A program made the position numbers and the translations under genes. The notes below the pieces were generated by a model. That model saw only the letters and a list, made by a program, of their open reading frames with translations, searched no databases and had not been told where the DNA came from. From a virus, in the IMG/VR virus record IMGVR_UViG_3300031578_000012: 64,000 nucleotides of DNA. One strand, given 5' to 3'. Of this stretch, positions 54,729-62,365 are shown piece by piece. The first letter of the stretch is position 1. Each line of letters opens with the position of its first letter.

Positions 54729-54787
54729 TGCCAGTAATGAGATTTGAACTCATGGCCATTATTATTTTTGGCTTCCAGTTAACTGGC
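54729..54787 (-). ncRNA. tRNA-like element TL6 (acceptor stem + T-arm with 27-nt linker)
   Basis: RNA: GCCAGUU-AACUGGAAGCCAAAAAUAAUAAUGGCC-AUGAG-UUCAAAU-CUCAU-UACUGGC-A. It lies at the 5' end of the leftward operon, 25 nt before the ATG at 54703. Confidence 0.55.
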
Positions 54788-55138
54788 AAAAAGAAGAGTA
54801 AGTAAGGACTCTTGCAATTGTCACGGAAAGGGCTGCCCATGCCTGTTACCAGTACCCTTAACCCCCCCTCTATTGCTAGATAAGGAAAGACGTTATATTA
54901 TCCCTATCAATATAGAAAATCCTACGTCTTCCTTGGTCTCCGAACTTCAGATCCATCCGGTTAATTACTCCATATCGCCTTGAAATCCATCTCTCCGGGT
55001 AGGTTTGCGGTCATCCTTACTTACTTATCATGTCAATGTACTCATTTTCAGCGACTTACGAGCTTCTGTGCTGCTCTGCGCGTGTTTCAATGGTATAAAG
55101 GTAATAATACGTTACGACAATGCAAACTTGAGTATCAG

Positions 55139-55217
55139 TCAGTTACAGCGATAAACAGACCAGTTTATTCAACATTCTGCGCGTTTATTACACTATCATT
55201 CAATCAGTTACAGCGAT
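55139..55217 (+). repeat. Direct 14-nt repeat tcagttacagcgat (x2, 65 bp apart)
   Basis: Copies at 55139-55152 and 55204-55217. Confidence 0.85.
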
Positions 55218-55271
55218 CCGGCGTTGCCTGGTGTATGGTCCATAAATATTTTTAAAATAAATAACAGTGTT

Positions 55272-55298
55272 CACGTGTACGTGCGTGTGTATGTGCAT
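55272..55298. repeat. 27-nt perfectly alternating pyrimidine/purine tract
   Basis: cacgtgtacgtgcgtgtgtatgtgcat. Confidence 0.85.
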
Positions 55299-55761
55299 TG
55301 TTCCTTCAAACCAGCGCTACCAGCAACCAGGCGCTACCAGCGGCCTGAGTGTGTATTTACAATACTAGCTATGTGACTACAATTGCACCCTGCGCCACGC
55401 GTGGAAAGAAATAAATAAATTGTGCACCATCAGCACCGGTGCCAGTCACCTACGCTGCCCTGTTCCCTTGGCGCTATAAAACCGTACACCCCTAGCCTAT
55501 TGAATACCAGCGCATTACGAGCGAATGTCTTATATCTTATATTATGTTAAGTAGAGGCTAGTGCGCTGGTGCTCAATTACATAAGTAAAATAGGGGACCC
55601 TATTGCGCTTGGTTCAGATCCAGTTTAGTTTTCTGTCAAACCGACCAGGGGGGTACAGCGCTAAAGGGTCCCATACACACGGAATAACGGGTTTCTGAGG
55701 ATGGGGTAGGGGTTAAGGGTCCCATTGGTATACATAAATAGAAAAATCGGAAATAGGGAGA

Positions 55762-55769
55762 TATTTTTG
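55762..55769 (+). promoter_or_regulatory. TAnnTTTG box (TATTTTTG), rightward
   Basis: Exact match to the motif. It faces the leftward boxes located 17-35 nt away. Confidence 0.35.
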
Positions 55770-55785
55770 TACTGCACTTGTAGTA

Positions 55786-55804
55786 CAAATGTAATACAAA
55801 TGTA
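55786..55804 (-). promoter_or_regulatory. Two tandem leftward TAnnTTTG boxes (TACATTTG x2)
   Basis: The plus strand shows caaatgta at 55786-55793 and 55797-55804. They are candidate promoters for the leftward early operon. Confidence 0.4.
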
Positions 55805-55903
55805 GTACAATTACTTTTTAGGGAACTATAAACCCCAATTTTTAGGGTGTTTGGTTCCTAAAGGGGTATTAAATATAGTCTGACTATATATTTTACGTTA
55901 TAA

Positions 55904-55941
55904 ATAACCATTTTTCACAAAGAATAACCCTTTTTCACAAA
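55904..55941 (+). repeat. Tandem 20-nt repeat ataacc(a/c)tttttcacaaa x2
   Basis: Copies at 55904-55921 and 55924-55941. Confidence 0.85.
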
Positions 55942-56111
55942 ATATGCGAAAAAGGCCGTCTCCACCGCCGGAAGGACCTTATTAGAGGCCCTGAAACCCA
56001 GTTATATGGACTTTTCTGGATATGTTATGCTAATTTAGATACATTCTAAAGTTAAATTCTTAGGTATTTTATAAAACATTTTGTACCTTGCACCAAATTT
56101 AAAGCTGGAAA

Positions 56112-56279
56112 ATGAAAGCCACACATGTTGAAATCAAAAAATCCTGCCGGGAAACACACGGAAAGCTGGGTGCCTTCCTGGAAGCTATAAAATATCTGCA
56201 AAAGCAATATATGTTTTATTTACAGGCAAAACAGAACAAGGATAAAACTATCCGGATAGAAATTCATATCGATGAATGA
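56112..56279 (+). CDS. Hypothetical protein (55 aa), not in the ORF track
   Basis: MKATHVEIKKSCRETHGKLGAFLEAIKYLQKQYMFYLQAKQNKDKTIRIEIHIDE. It is the first ORF of the rightward small-gene block. Confidence 0.4.
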   Translation: MKATHVEIKKSCRETHGKLGAFLEAIKYLQKQYMFYLQAKQNKDKTIRIEIHIDE

Positions 56280-56282
56280 AAT

Positions 56283-56396
56283 ATGGTAAACTTAAAGGAA
56301 CTTGAGAAAAGGCTTGATGAAACCCTGGCTAAAGAAACCAAAAATAGCTTAAATAAGTGGCTAGACGAACAACGGTCCACCGAATATATAGAATAA
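56283..56396 (+). CDS. Hypothetical protein (37 aa), not in the ORF track
   Basis: MVNLKELEKRLDETLAKETKNSLNKWLDEQRSTEYIE. It is tightly packed between neighbouring genes. Confidence 0.3.
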   Translation: MVNLKELEKRLDETLAKETKNSLNKWLDEQRSTEYIE

Positions 56397-56397
56397 G

Positions 56398-56694
56398 ATG
56401 GGACTATTTATTTGTGCTAAATGTAATTGTATAGAAAATACTGCTCTTGGTTGGTATTGGAGTTCGGATGAAAGCAAAGAAATGATAATATTACCACCCG
56501 AATTAGAACAATATCATGGTAAGCCTCTTTGTTCAGAGTGTTTACCAAACGTTCCATTTGTAGATAGGAGTGGATTTACGGGAAAAGGTAAATGGCACAA
56601 TAAATGGCCTAAAATAAATTATAATGAATGGAAAGATACTGATGAATCCAGGCATTATAAACGAGATGGTTACACGCTTAACTATATCGGATAA
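56398..56694 (+). CDS. Cys-rich (zinc-ribbon-like) protein (98 aa)
   Basis: CAKCNC...CSEC. Confidence 0.55.
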   Translation: MGLFICAKCNCIENTALGWYWSSDESKEMIILPPELEQYHGKPLCSECLPNVPFVDRSGFTGKGKWHNKWPKINYNEWKDTDESRHYKRDGYTLNYIG

Positions 56695-56709
56695 TTGCCC
56701 TTAAATAGA

Positions 56710-57018
56710 ATGGAAAAAATATACGTCAGATTTGGTGAAATTCCAACAGATGAACAAAGTGAAATATGGTGTGGTGATGTGAAAATTGGCAAAGAAAAAG
56801 GTGTTTCAGTATATGAAGCATTACAAGATGATAACGGAAAAATTAATATTCTAATGCCTAAACTTACATACAGCGCTTGTGTTTCATTGTCTGGATGTAT
56901 AGAAAGAAAGTCTTATATAATTACAGGAGAATTAGTTGGAATGGGAAGTGATGCCGAACCATTGTTAAGAAACTGTAAATTATTAAAGGAAATAAATTTA
57001 ATTCCCTTAAAACCATGA
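56710..57018 (+). CDS. Hypothetical protein (102 aa)
   Basis: The ATG at 56710 is preferred. The track uses the TTG at 56695. Confidence 0.55.
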   Translation: MEKIYVRFGEIPTDEQSEIWCGDVKIGKEKGVSVYEALQDDNGKINILMPKLTYSACVSLSGCIERKSYIITGELVGMGSDAEPLLRNCKLLKEINLIPLKP

Positions 57019-57296
57019 AAACAGCAGAAGTAAAAACATTAATTAATGAAATGCAAAAATTATGGGATAATCCATACTCTAAAATGTGTTTTGAAGATGC
57101 AGATGGTACACCCAGATACTCTGCCAAAGCAGTTGTGACATTGGTAAAAAAGACCTTTAAATCTTACGCAAATGGTTACGTTAAAGAAATCTTGCTTGAA
57201 TTAATCAGCATCAGAGAATACATGAAAGAAAAGGATGCATTTCATGGGTACGGACAAATGAATGATTTAATTACTAAATTAGAAGAAATAAAATGA
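57015..57296 (+). CDS. Hypothetical protein (93 aa)
   Basis: ATGA-coupled ORF. Confidence 0.55.
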   Translation: MKTAEVKTLINEMQKLWDNPYSKMCFEDADGTPRYSAKAVVTLVKKTFKSYANGYVKEILLELISIREYMKEKDAFHGYGQMNDLITKLEEIK

Positions 57297-57526
57297 ACAC
57301 AAACGAAGAAATGAAAACCTTATCAGTCCTTCCCGTATGTGGGAGAAGGCATGTAGTTAAACGCATTGAACGAACTGGCGTATTAAAGTACAAAGTCAAG
57401 GGAACCAGTCGTATGTTCACTACGCTGATCCCTCAACCCAATTACCGGGGAACCGGTCTAGCTTTGTGCGGGATCCTATTAAGAGGCGAGACCTTGCAAG
57501 AATGGATAATCCGGACAAAAAACTAA
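57293..57526 (+). CDS. Hypothetical protein (77 aa)
   Basis: ATGA-coupled ORF. Confidence 0.5.
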   Translation: MNTNEEMKTLSVLPVCGRRHVVKRIERTGVLKYKVKGTSRMFTTLIPQPNYRGTGLALCGILLRGETLQEWIIRTKN

Positions 57527-57530
57527 AGCC

Positions 57531-57692
57531 ATGGAACGCAGAAAATTCTTTAGATCACTTACAATCGCTACAGGAGCGGCCATAATAGTACCTGAAGTAC
57601 TACGCGAATCTCCTGAAAAGGAATATGTGGACCTGGATACTTCTAAGTTGCAAAGTTTCTTTGATAAGTACTCTTATCACAAAAAGCCATAA
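57531..57692 (+). CDS. Mini-protein with twin-arginine-type signal (53 aa), not in the ORF track
   Basis: MERRKFFRSLTIATGAAIIVPEVLRES... Its stop overlaps the next ATG (TAATG). Confidence 0.45.
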   Translation: MERRKFFRSLTIATGAAIIVPEVLRESPEKEYVDLDTSKLQSFFDKYSYHKKP

Positions 57693-57916
57693 TGGAGTAC
57701 ACACCATATACAACTACTCAACCAAAGTTTTGTCATGGACAAACCGTTGAGTTTACTCACCATAATGGTAATTCAATGGTTGGAAAAATAACAGCCCTTG
57801 AAACCCATTATAACTATCAAACCGGAGTTGGCTATCATATTTACGAGATTCTTAGAGAAGGAAATGTCAGATCTTGGTGGATAGGCGAAAGAAAAATAAT
57901 TACCGTTTTAAATTAA
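57692..57916 (+). CDS. Hypothetical protein (74 aa)
   Basis: ORF in the operon. Confidence 0.5.
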   Translation: MEYTPYTTTQPKFCHGQTVEFTHHNGNSMVGKITALETHYNYQTGVGYHIYEILREGNVRSWWIGERKIITVLN

Positions 57917-57926
57917 AATCAAAGTC

Positions 57927-58196
57927 ATGAATCATAATTGGAGTAGATCAATAGAAACAACCATCCATCGTACACCAGTACACGTGTTAGTTTACCTAGA
58001 CACAGATGAAGATGGCTATGAAGGAGTAAGGATCCGAACTATGTTGAATGAATATTTTTTGGAAACCTTTATTACCGTGGAAGAGCGTGATTATGCTTAT
58101 ATTCTTATTCCTACTTTTCCTGTACGAACAATAAAACGCATTCTCGAAATTGAAGCACTAAACCAAGGAGCATGGGACGCTAGAACATTACGTTAA
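57927..58196 (+). CDS. Hypothetical protein (89 aa)
   Basis: ORF in the operon. Confidence 0.5.
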   Translation: MNHNWSRSIETTIHRTPVHVLVYLDTDEDGYEGVRIRTMLNEYFLETFITVEERDYAYILIPTFPVRTIKRILEIEALNQGAWDARTLR

Positions 58197-58213
58197 TTTA
58201 ATACACACACAAA

Positions 58214-58636
58214 ATGAAAAAGTTTAAACTGATCTCACTAGTAATCTCATTGATGTTGCTAATGAATTTGTCACTTGCCGGACAAAATTATCACATTGAT
58301 AAAATTGTTACCGCTACCTGGAATGTGGAACTCTCTACCTGGAATGATTATCAGGAAGAAGATTTTACTGGTATAATTTCATTCAATGATGAAGGGTTTG
58401 AAGTAAAAACCCAAAATCAGACATTAACCTATATAATAGTAACGTCAGCCGGGAATGAAACCCTCAGCAATGATGATTGCCGACATTACTATTATGGGAC
58501 AGATGCTGAAGGAAACAGGTATGTCTTTGAATTAAGTCATGCTATTGAAGGCAAATTTAACTATATGATCGTGGTTACACCTACGCTTGTTACAAAATAC
58601 ATTCTAGGTGATATTATTCGAACAGTAATCACATGA
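58214..58636 (+). CDS. Secreted protein (signal peptide, 140 aa)
   Basis: MKKFKLISLVISLMLLMNLSLAGQ. Confidence 0.55.
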   Translation: MKKFKLISLVISLMLLMNLSLAGQNYHIDKIVTATWNVELSTWNDYQEEDFTGIISFNDEGFEVKTQNQTLTYIIVTSAGNETLSNDDCRHYYYGTDAEGNRYVFELSHAIEGKFNYMIVVTPTLVTKYILGDIIRTVIT

Positions 58637-58857
58637 TTAAATTTGTAGGTAAAACTGTGCTGGGTGTTATTTTAGTTTGTTTTCTAGCTACTCTAAGCGG
58701 GACGCTGCTATATTTCATCTGGCCAGTGGCTATAAGCGCCTTTCCAGGGCTAGTTGCAGCCGGATCTCTGGCAGCTAAACTTACCTGGTTTCAAGCAGTT
58801 TGCTTAACTTGGTTGTGCTTGATGCTCATAAAAGGCTCTGGCTCGATCAGCAAATAA
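58633..58857 (+). CDS. Membrane protein (74 aa, 2-3 TM)
   Basis: Hydrophobic throughout. ATGA-coupled. Confidence 0.5.
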   Translation: MIKFVGKTVLGVILVCFLATLSGTLLYFIWPVAISAFPGLVAAGSLAAKLTWFQAVCLTWLCLMLIKGSGSISK

Positions 58858-58868
58858 ATAAATTAATT

Positions 58869-59072
58869 ATGTCAAAAAGAACAGACACTGAGCGCTTGGA
58901 CGCTCTTGAAAAAATCTCCCGGGGACCGGATGCAGCTAGGCCTAGATACGGAATTGGATGGATTTTACGTATGTCCAATACTGGTCGTGGCTTAAGACTG
59001 CACGAAAGTAACAGTATAGAGGCTAATCCGAATATCCGGAAGGCTATCGATAGGTACCTGGATGCTGAATAA
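58869..59072 (+). CDS. Hypothetical protein (67 aa)
   Basis: The ATG at 58869 (MSKRTDTERL) is preferred over the track start at 58800, which overlaps the upstream gene. Confidence 0.5.
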   Translation: MSKRTDTERLDALEKISRGPDAARPRYGIGWILRMSNTGRGLRLHESNSIEANPNIRKAIDRYLDAE

Positions 59073-59127
59073 TTATTATCGTCTTATTGTATATTAACTG
59101 CTAATACGAAGATAATAATTATCCATA

Positions 59128-59331
59128 ATGAACAAATACGTTAAACTGAAGGAAAATATACAGCGCAAAGCCCTGGAGCGAAGGATGGTCATGACGGAAC
59201 CAGTACTTCAGTGGCTTGCCTGGGTGTTTATACCTGAACTAATTGAGGAGTATAATAAGTGGCTTCTGGACCAAGGATATACAGACTCCGATATTGTGCA
59301 TGAATTCGAGTTAAAAGATTTTTTGCAATGA
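59128..59331 (+). CDS. Hypothetical protein (67 aa)
   Basis: ORF with an ATG start. Confidence 0.5.
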   Translation: MNKYVKLKENIQRKALERRMVMTEPVLQWLAWVFIPELIEEYNKWLLDQGYTDSDIVHEFELKDFLQ

Positions 59332-59391
59332 CATATGATCCTACCAACAAAGCAACAAGGAATCATTCAAACAACTTAAAAATAAACGCCC

Positions 59392-59640
59392 GTGAAAATA
59401 CCATTAAAATATAGAACAAAGTTAGTAGGACAATATAATCCAGCAATATCATCTTGCCCGAATTATGAATGTGATTTTATAAAAGGTTTTGATAGCATGG
59501 ATTGGTTTGTTGGTTTTACAGATGAATTTGTAGTATGTGAATGTCCAAAATGTTTTACAAAATGGTATTATCATCATAGAGGAGAAGCCCGTATTAGAAC
59601 AATATTAAGATGTTTGAAATTCAAACCAACCAAACCATGA
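59392..59640 (+). CDS. Zinc-ribbon-like protein (82 aa, GTG start)
   Basis: CPNYEC...CECPKC. Confidence 0.45.
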   Translation: MKIPLKYRTKLVGQYNPAISSCPNYECDFIKGFDSMDWFVGFTDEFVVCECPKCFTKWYYHHRGEARIRTILRCLKFKPTKP

Positions 59641-59969
59641 AAAAACTACAATTTTATCGTAAAAAACCAGGCATAATCCAGGCAATTCAGTGGACCGGCG
59701 AAAATTATCCTCAAGTAAAAGCATTCTGTCCAAATATCTATACCACCCAGAAGCAGTTAAAAGCTACAAATTACATGCTTTTTATACCTGATAAGTCTCA
59801 TACTATTGAAGGTTGTATGTGTGCAAATCCAGGAGATTTCATTATCAGAGGAACAGAGGGTGAGTTTTCTCTTCACAAAGAGGCTGCTTTTACACAGACC
59901 TATGAACACATAAGTAAAGCTAAAGCATTATTTTTAAAAATATTTTATAAATTTAAAGTTATAATCTGA
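59637..59969 (+). CDS. Hypothetical protein (110 aa)
   Basis: The ATG at 59637 overlaps the upstream TGA (ATGA). Confidence 0.55.
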   Translation: MKKLQFYRKKPGIIQAIQWTGENYPQVKAFCPNIYTTQKQLKATNYMLFIPDKSHTIEGCMCANPGDFIIRGTEGEFSLHKEAAFTQTYEHISKAKALFLKIFYKFKVII

Positions 59970-60304
59970 TGAAAGTAAAAATTAAATTTAGGATTACCCG
60001 ATGGAGATTCAGACTATTAGGTATATGGATTCGGATCTCTACATACAAATATTTAAAGTATGACCTGGAGGATCCGGATGATTGGCATGACTACAAACAA
60101 ATGACTAAGGCTTCAAGTATATGTTCGGCCTTATATGAATTTGATCAGTGGCTTAAAGACCAGGTAAAGTATGCTAACGGTGATGGTTTAAGCAAACATC
60201 ATGCATTAAAATACTGGACTCGCGTAGAAGCTCTCCAGGAAGCCAGGGACCAGATCCGTCAAGATTTGTATGACAAAGGCGTGATTATGGATGATATCTG
60301 TTGA
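59969..60304 (+). CDS. Hypothetical protein (111 aa)
   Basis: Coupled ORF. Confidence 0.55.
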   Translation: MKVKIKFRITRWRFRLLGIWIRISTYKYLKYDLEDPDDWHDYKQMTKASSICSALYEFDQWLKDQVKYANGDGLSKHHALKYWTRVEALQEARDQIRQDLYDKGVIMDDIC

Positions 60305-60308
60305 GGAA

Positions 60309-60332
60309 TTAAATGAGGGATTAAATGAGGGA
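60309..60332 (+). repeat. Tandem 12-nt repeat ttaaatgaggga x2
   Basis: Copies at 60309-60320 and 60321-60332, directly after the stop at 60304. Confidence 0.85.
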
Positions 60333-60438
60333 ATACCCATTATAATAGGTATCTTCGAAAAATATTTGCAATTTAAGTACAATATGGTATGTAATCACTA
60401 CTATATTGTGTATTTTACGTTAATTTAATACATGTATT

Positions 60439-60852
60439 ATGAACAAAGGTTATTTTAAAGTGCAGGCAGATAGAGGAATTGTTTCGATTCCTGAGCGTTT
60501 ATTTTTTGCTTGTGCTAAGAAGATTAGTGAAGCGGCAGCCCAAATGCTATCTAGAGATGGTGGTAGTTGGATAAGCGTTGCCCCAGGAGGGGATGTACTT
60601 CCTACACTTATCAAAAAGAGAACGTCAGATAATATTCTGGGCCGGTTTCCGGATGGGTTTTATGTGGCTACATTAACTGATTTAGTAAATCGCGAAGATG
60701 AAGAGTGCTTAGATCTAATTAGACGAATTAATACCGTATTAAAAGAAGATATTTTTACCGATCTTCTTACTCCCCAGGAACCCAAAGCATCAGAAGAAGT
60801 AAAGGAAGAAGTAGATCCTGCAGAAGAAACTAATTCTGATTCGAAAGTTTAA
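60439..60852 (+). CDS. Hypothetical protein with acidic C-terminus (137 aa)
   Basis: Last rightward ORF before the terminator. Confidence 0.6.
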   Translation: MNKGYFKVQADRGIVSIPERLFFACAKKISEAAAQMLSRDGGSWISVAPGGDVLPTLIKKRTSDNILGRFPDGFYVATLTDLVNREDEECLDLIRRINTVLKEDIFTDLLTPQEPKASEEVKEEVDPAEETNSDSKV

Positions 60853-60882
60853 TGGAATAGTACTAAATTTGTGATGATAAAT

Positions 60883-60915
60883 AAGGGGATCCGATTGGAG
60901 TCCCCTTATTATTTT
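60883..60915 (+). terminator. Intrinsic terminator
   Basis: aagggga-(10-nt loop)-tcccctt followed by attattttg. Confidence 0.6.
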
Positions 60916-60967
60916 GTCAGATATTTTTACTATATTTCTGACAGAATAGTAAAAATATCTGACAAAA
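60912..60967. repeat. 56-nt perfect inverted repeat (22-bp arms, 12-nt spacer)
   Basis: ttttgtcagatatttttactat / atagtaaaaatatctgacaaaa lie between convergent genes. Confidence 0.9.
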
Positions 60968-60987
60968 TATGTTTGTATTAACTGGTA

Positions 60988-61269
60988 TTATACTGTTGGT
61001 CTACATGTTTGTAGTTGCACAGCGGGGAATAGTTGAAAAGCCGCGTCTATCTGCCTGACCAGATTAAGACATTCCGGATCTTCTAAAGTATGTAATTTTT
61101 GTAAAGCAAACCTAACAGCGTCAAATTCAGTTACAGCCAGATTAAGTTCTTGTGGAATTCTGTACTCATCAGCTAGAAGATCATTGACCTGTGTTAAGAT
61201 TTTTTCTAGCTTTTTTCTAGCATCTACAAAGAACGCTTCTACCTCCCCATTCCATAGATTTGATTTCAC
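60988..61269 (-). CDS. Hypothetical protein (93 aa)
   Basis: Last ORF of the leftward 63.1-61.0 kb operon. Confidence 0.55.
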   Translation of the reverse strand: MKSNLWNGEVEAFFVDARKKLEKILTQVNDLLADEYRIPQELNLAVTEFDAVRFALQKLHTLEDPECLNLVRQIDAAFQLFPAVQLQTCRPTV

Positions 61270-61697
61270 ACCTGATCCGTTCTTTGAGCAACTCTATTGT
61301 GGAGAATTACATCACCGTATACAACAATATTTCCTGCGACTACGAGATCGGCTGAATTACCCTCAAATGATTCCACTACAGCAATAAATAAGGCATCTTT
61401 AGCCTGCTGTTCCTGGGGTAGATCTTCATACGGAACCATACAAGGATGTTCCTTCTTCTTCGGATCTTTAACTTTACCATACACCCATCCAGTATCTTCT
61501 TTCTCTTTCAGCCAGCTTTCATGGAGCTCTTCCGAAGTACTTTCTGGATTATCCAGTCGAAACTGAACACCTTTAACGGCGCTCTCCTTCTGCCAATCTG
61601 AAGCATCTGCCCAAGGGAGTTGGGAATCATCTCCTATACTAAAGCAATACGCCCGGTTCACCTCATGACATGTCTTTGCAATTTGTTCTACATTCAT
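61266..61697 (-). CDS. RyR-domain protein
   Basis: IAKTCHEVNRAYC...LHESWLKEKEDTGWVYGKVKDPKKKEHPCMVPYEDLPQEQQAKDALFIAVV matches the ryanodine-receptor-type repeat known from phages. Confidence 0.75.
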   Translation of the reverse strand: MNVEQIAKTCHEVNRAYCFSIGDDSQLPWADASDWQKESAVKGVQFRLDNPESTSEELHESWLKEKEDTGWVYGKVKDPKKKEHPCMVPYEDLPQEQQAKDALFIAVVESFEGNSADLVVAGNIVVYGDVILHNRVAQRTDQV

Positions 61698-61736
61698 AAT
61701 AAAAATATTTAGTTAAAAATTAAATTAAGATTTCTA

Positions 61737-62060
61737 CTATTTAAGATTTTCAGAATTTTCTAATTTAAAATCATTATTCAATATCAAGTCTTCCATTATT
61801 GTTGCAAGAGTATCTGTTAAAATTTCATTAGTATATAATTTGGTCTGACCTACCATAAAAAACATAACATGAACCAGCTCATGAAATAAGGTATGTAGCT
61901 GCCTATCTTCCGGTATATCTCTTCCATCAAAATAATTACATAGCTTGATTCTATTGTGATTTATATCTGCTTCTCCTAATACGCATTTACCATTACAATA
62001 ATCATTATCAATTACTACATTGATAGTCTGGTTGAATAGTTTTATTTTTGTTGGTAGCAT
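61737..62060 (-). CDS. Small HExxH metallopeptidase-like protein
   Basis: HTLFHELVHVMFF. Confidence 0.6.
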   Translation of the reverse strand: MLPTKIKLFNQTINVVIDNDYCNGKCVLGEADINHNRIKLCNYFDGRDIPEDRQLHTLFHELVHVMFFMVGQTKLYTNEILTDTLATIMEDLILNNDFKLENSENLK

Positions 62061-62061
62061 C

Positions 62062-62199
62062 TTACTTTTTCTTATGCGGCCCTACCGGTATAGTAGGATG
62101 TTTGGCGTTCCATATTCTAGCGGCTTTAGCTTTAGCGGCTTTCTCATTCATTCCCTCTCGAATGAAACGGTCTCTCATTTCTTCATATCCTTTAGGCAT
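62062..62199 (-). CDS. Hypothetical basic mini-protein (45 aa), not in the ORF track
   Basis: MPKGYEEMRDRFIREGMNEKAAKAKAARIWNAKHPTIPVGPHKKK. It abuts both neighbouring genes. Confidence 0.45.
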   Translation of the reverse strand: MPKGYEEMRDRFIREGMNEKAAKAKAARIWNAKHPTIPVGPHKKK

Positions 62200-62200
62200 C

Positions 62201-62365
62201 TTATTTAATTTCAAAAGTTATGGAAATATCTTCTTTTAATAATGGACACTCATCATGAATCGTTTCATTCCAATACTGTTTAACCACTACTATTCCTTTA
62301 ACAGCTTCACATTTCTCAAAAGTACGTAGTGGGCAATTATAACATCCATTAACCATTATCCTCAT
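62201..62365 (-). CDS. Cys-rich mini-protein (54 aa), not in the ORF track
   Basis: MRIMVNGCYNCPLRTFEKCEAVKG...DECPLL. TAATG overlap with the upstream gene. Confidence 0.4.
   Translation of the reverse strand: MRIMVNGCYNCPLRTFEKCEAVKGIVVVKQYWNETIHDECPLLKEDISITFEIK

Larger units (their letters stand above)
54788..56111. other. 1.3-kb ORF-free, repeat-dense divergent control region
   Basis: It contains no credible ORF. Locally GC-rich patches carry several short repeat families, palindromes and TAnnTTTG boxes on both strands. Confidence 0.75.

Noticed and set aside
50737-54787. TL elements as attP-type 3' fragments of host tRNA genes
   Set aside because: No integrase is visible. Each element has its own complementary 5' strand. 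There are six copies with compensatory stem changes, all in intercistronic gaps of one operon.
54980-55255. 91-aa plus-strand ORF inside the ORF-free control region
   Set aside because: It has no start context or neighbouring coupled genes, it is overlapped by the direct repeats, and it has a Cys/Arg-rich low-complexity translation. It was judged spurious.
905-61566. Nested or antisense ORFs from the six-frame track
   Set aside because: Examples are 905..1132-, 10807..11094-, 11720..12094-, 21067..21498-, 25275..25592+, 29563..29886+, 30085..30513-, 35848..36114+, 39320..39736-, 43213..43503-, 49475..49669+ and 61297..61566+. All lie entirely inside longer ORFs that have motif or operon support on the other frame or strand. 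Their translations are low-complexity.
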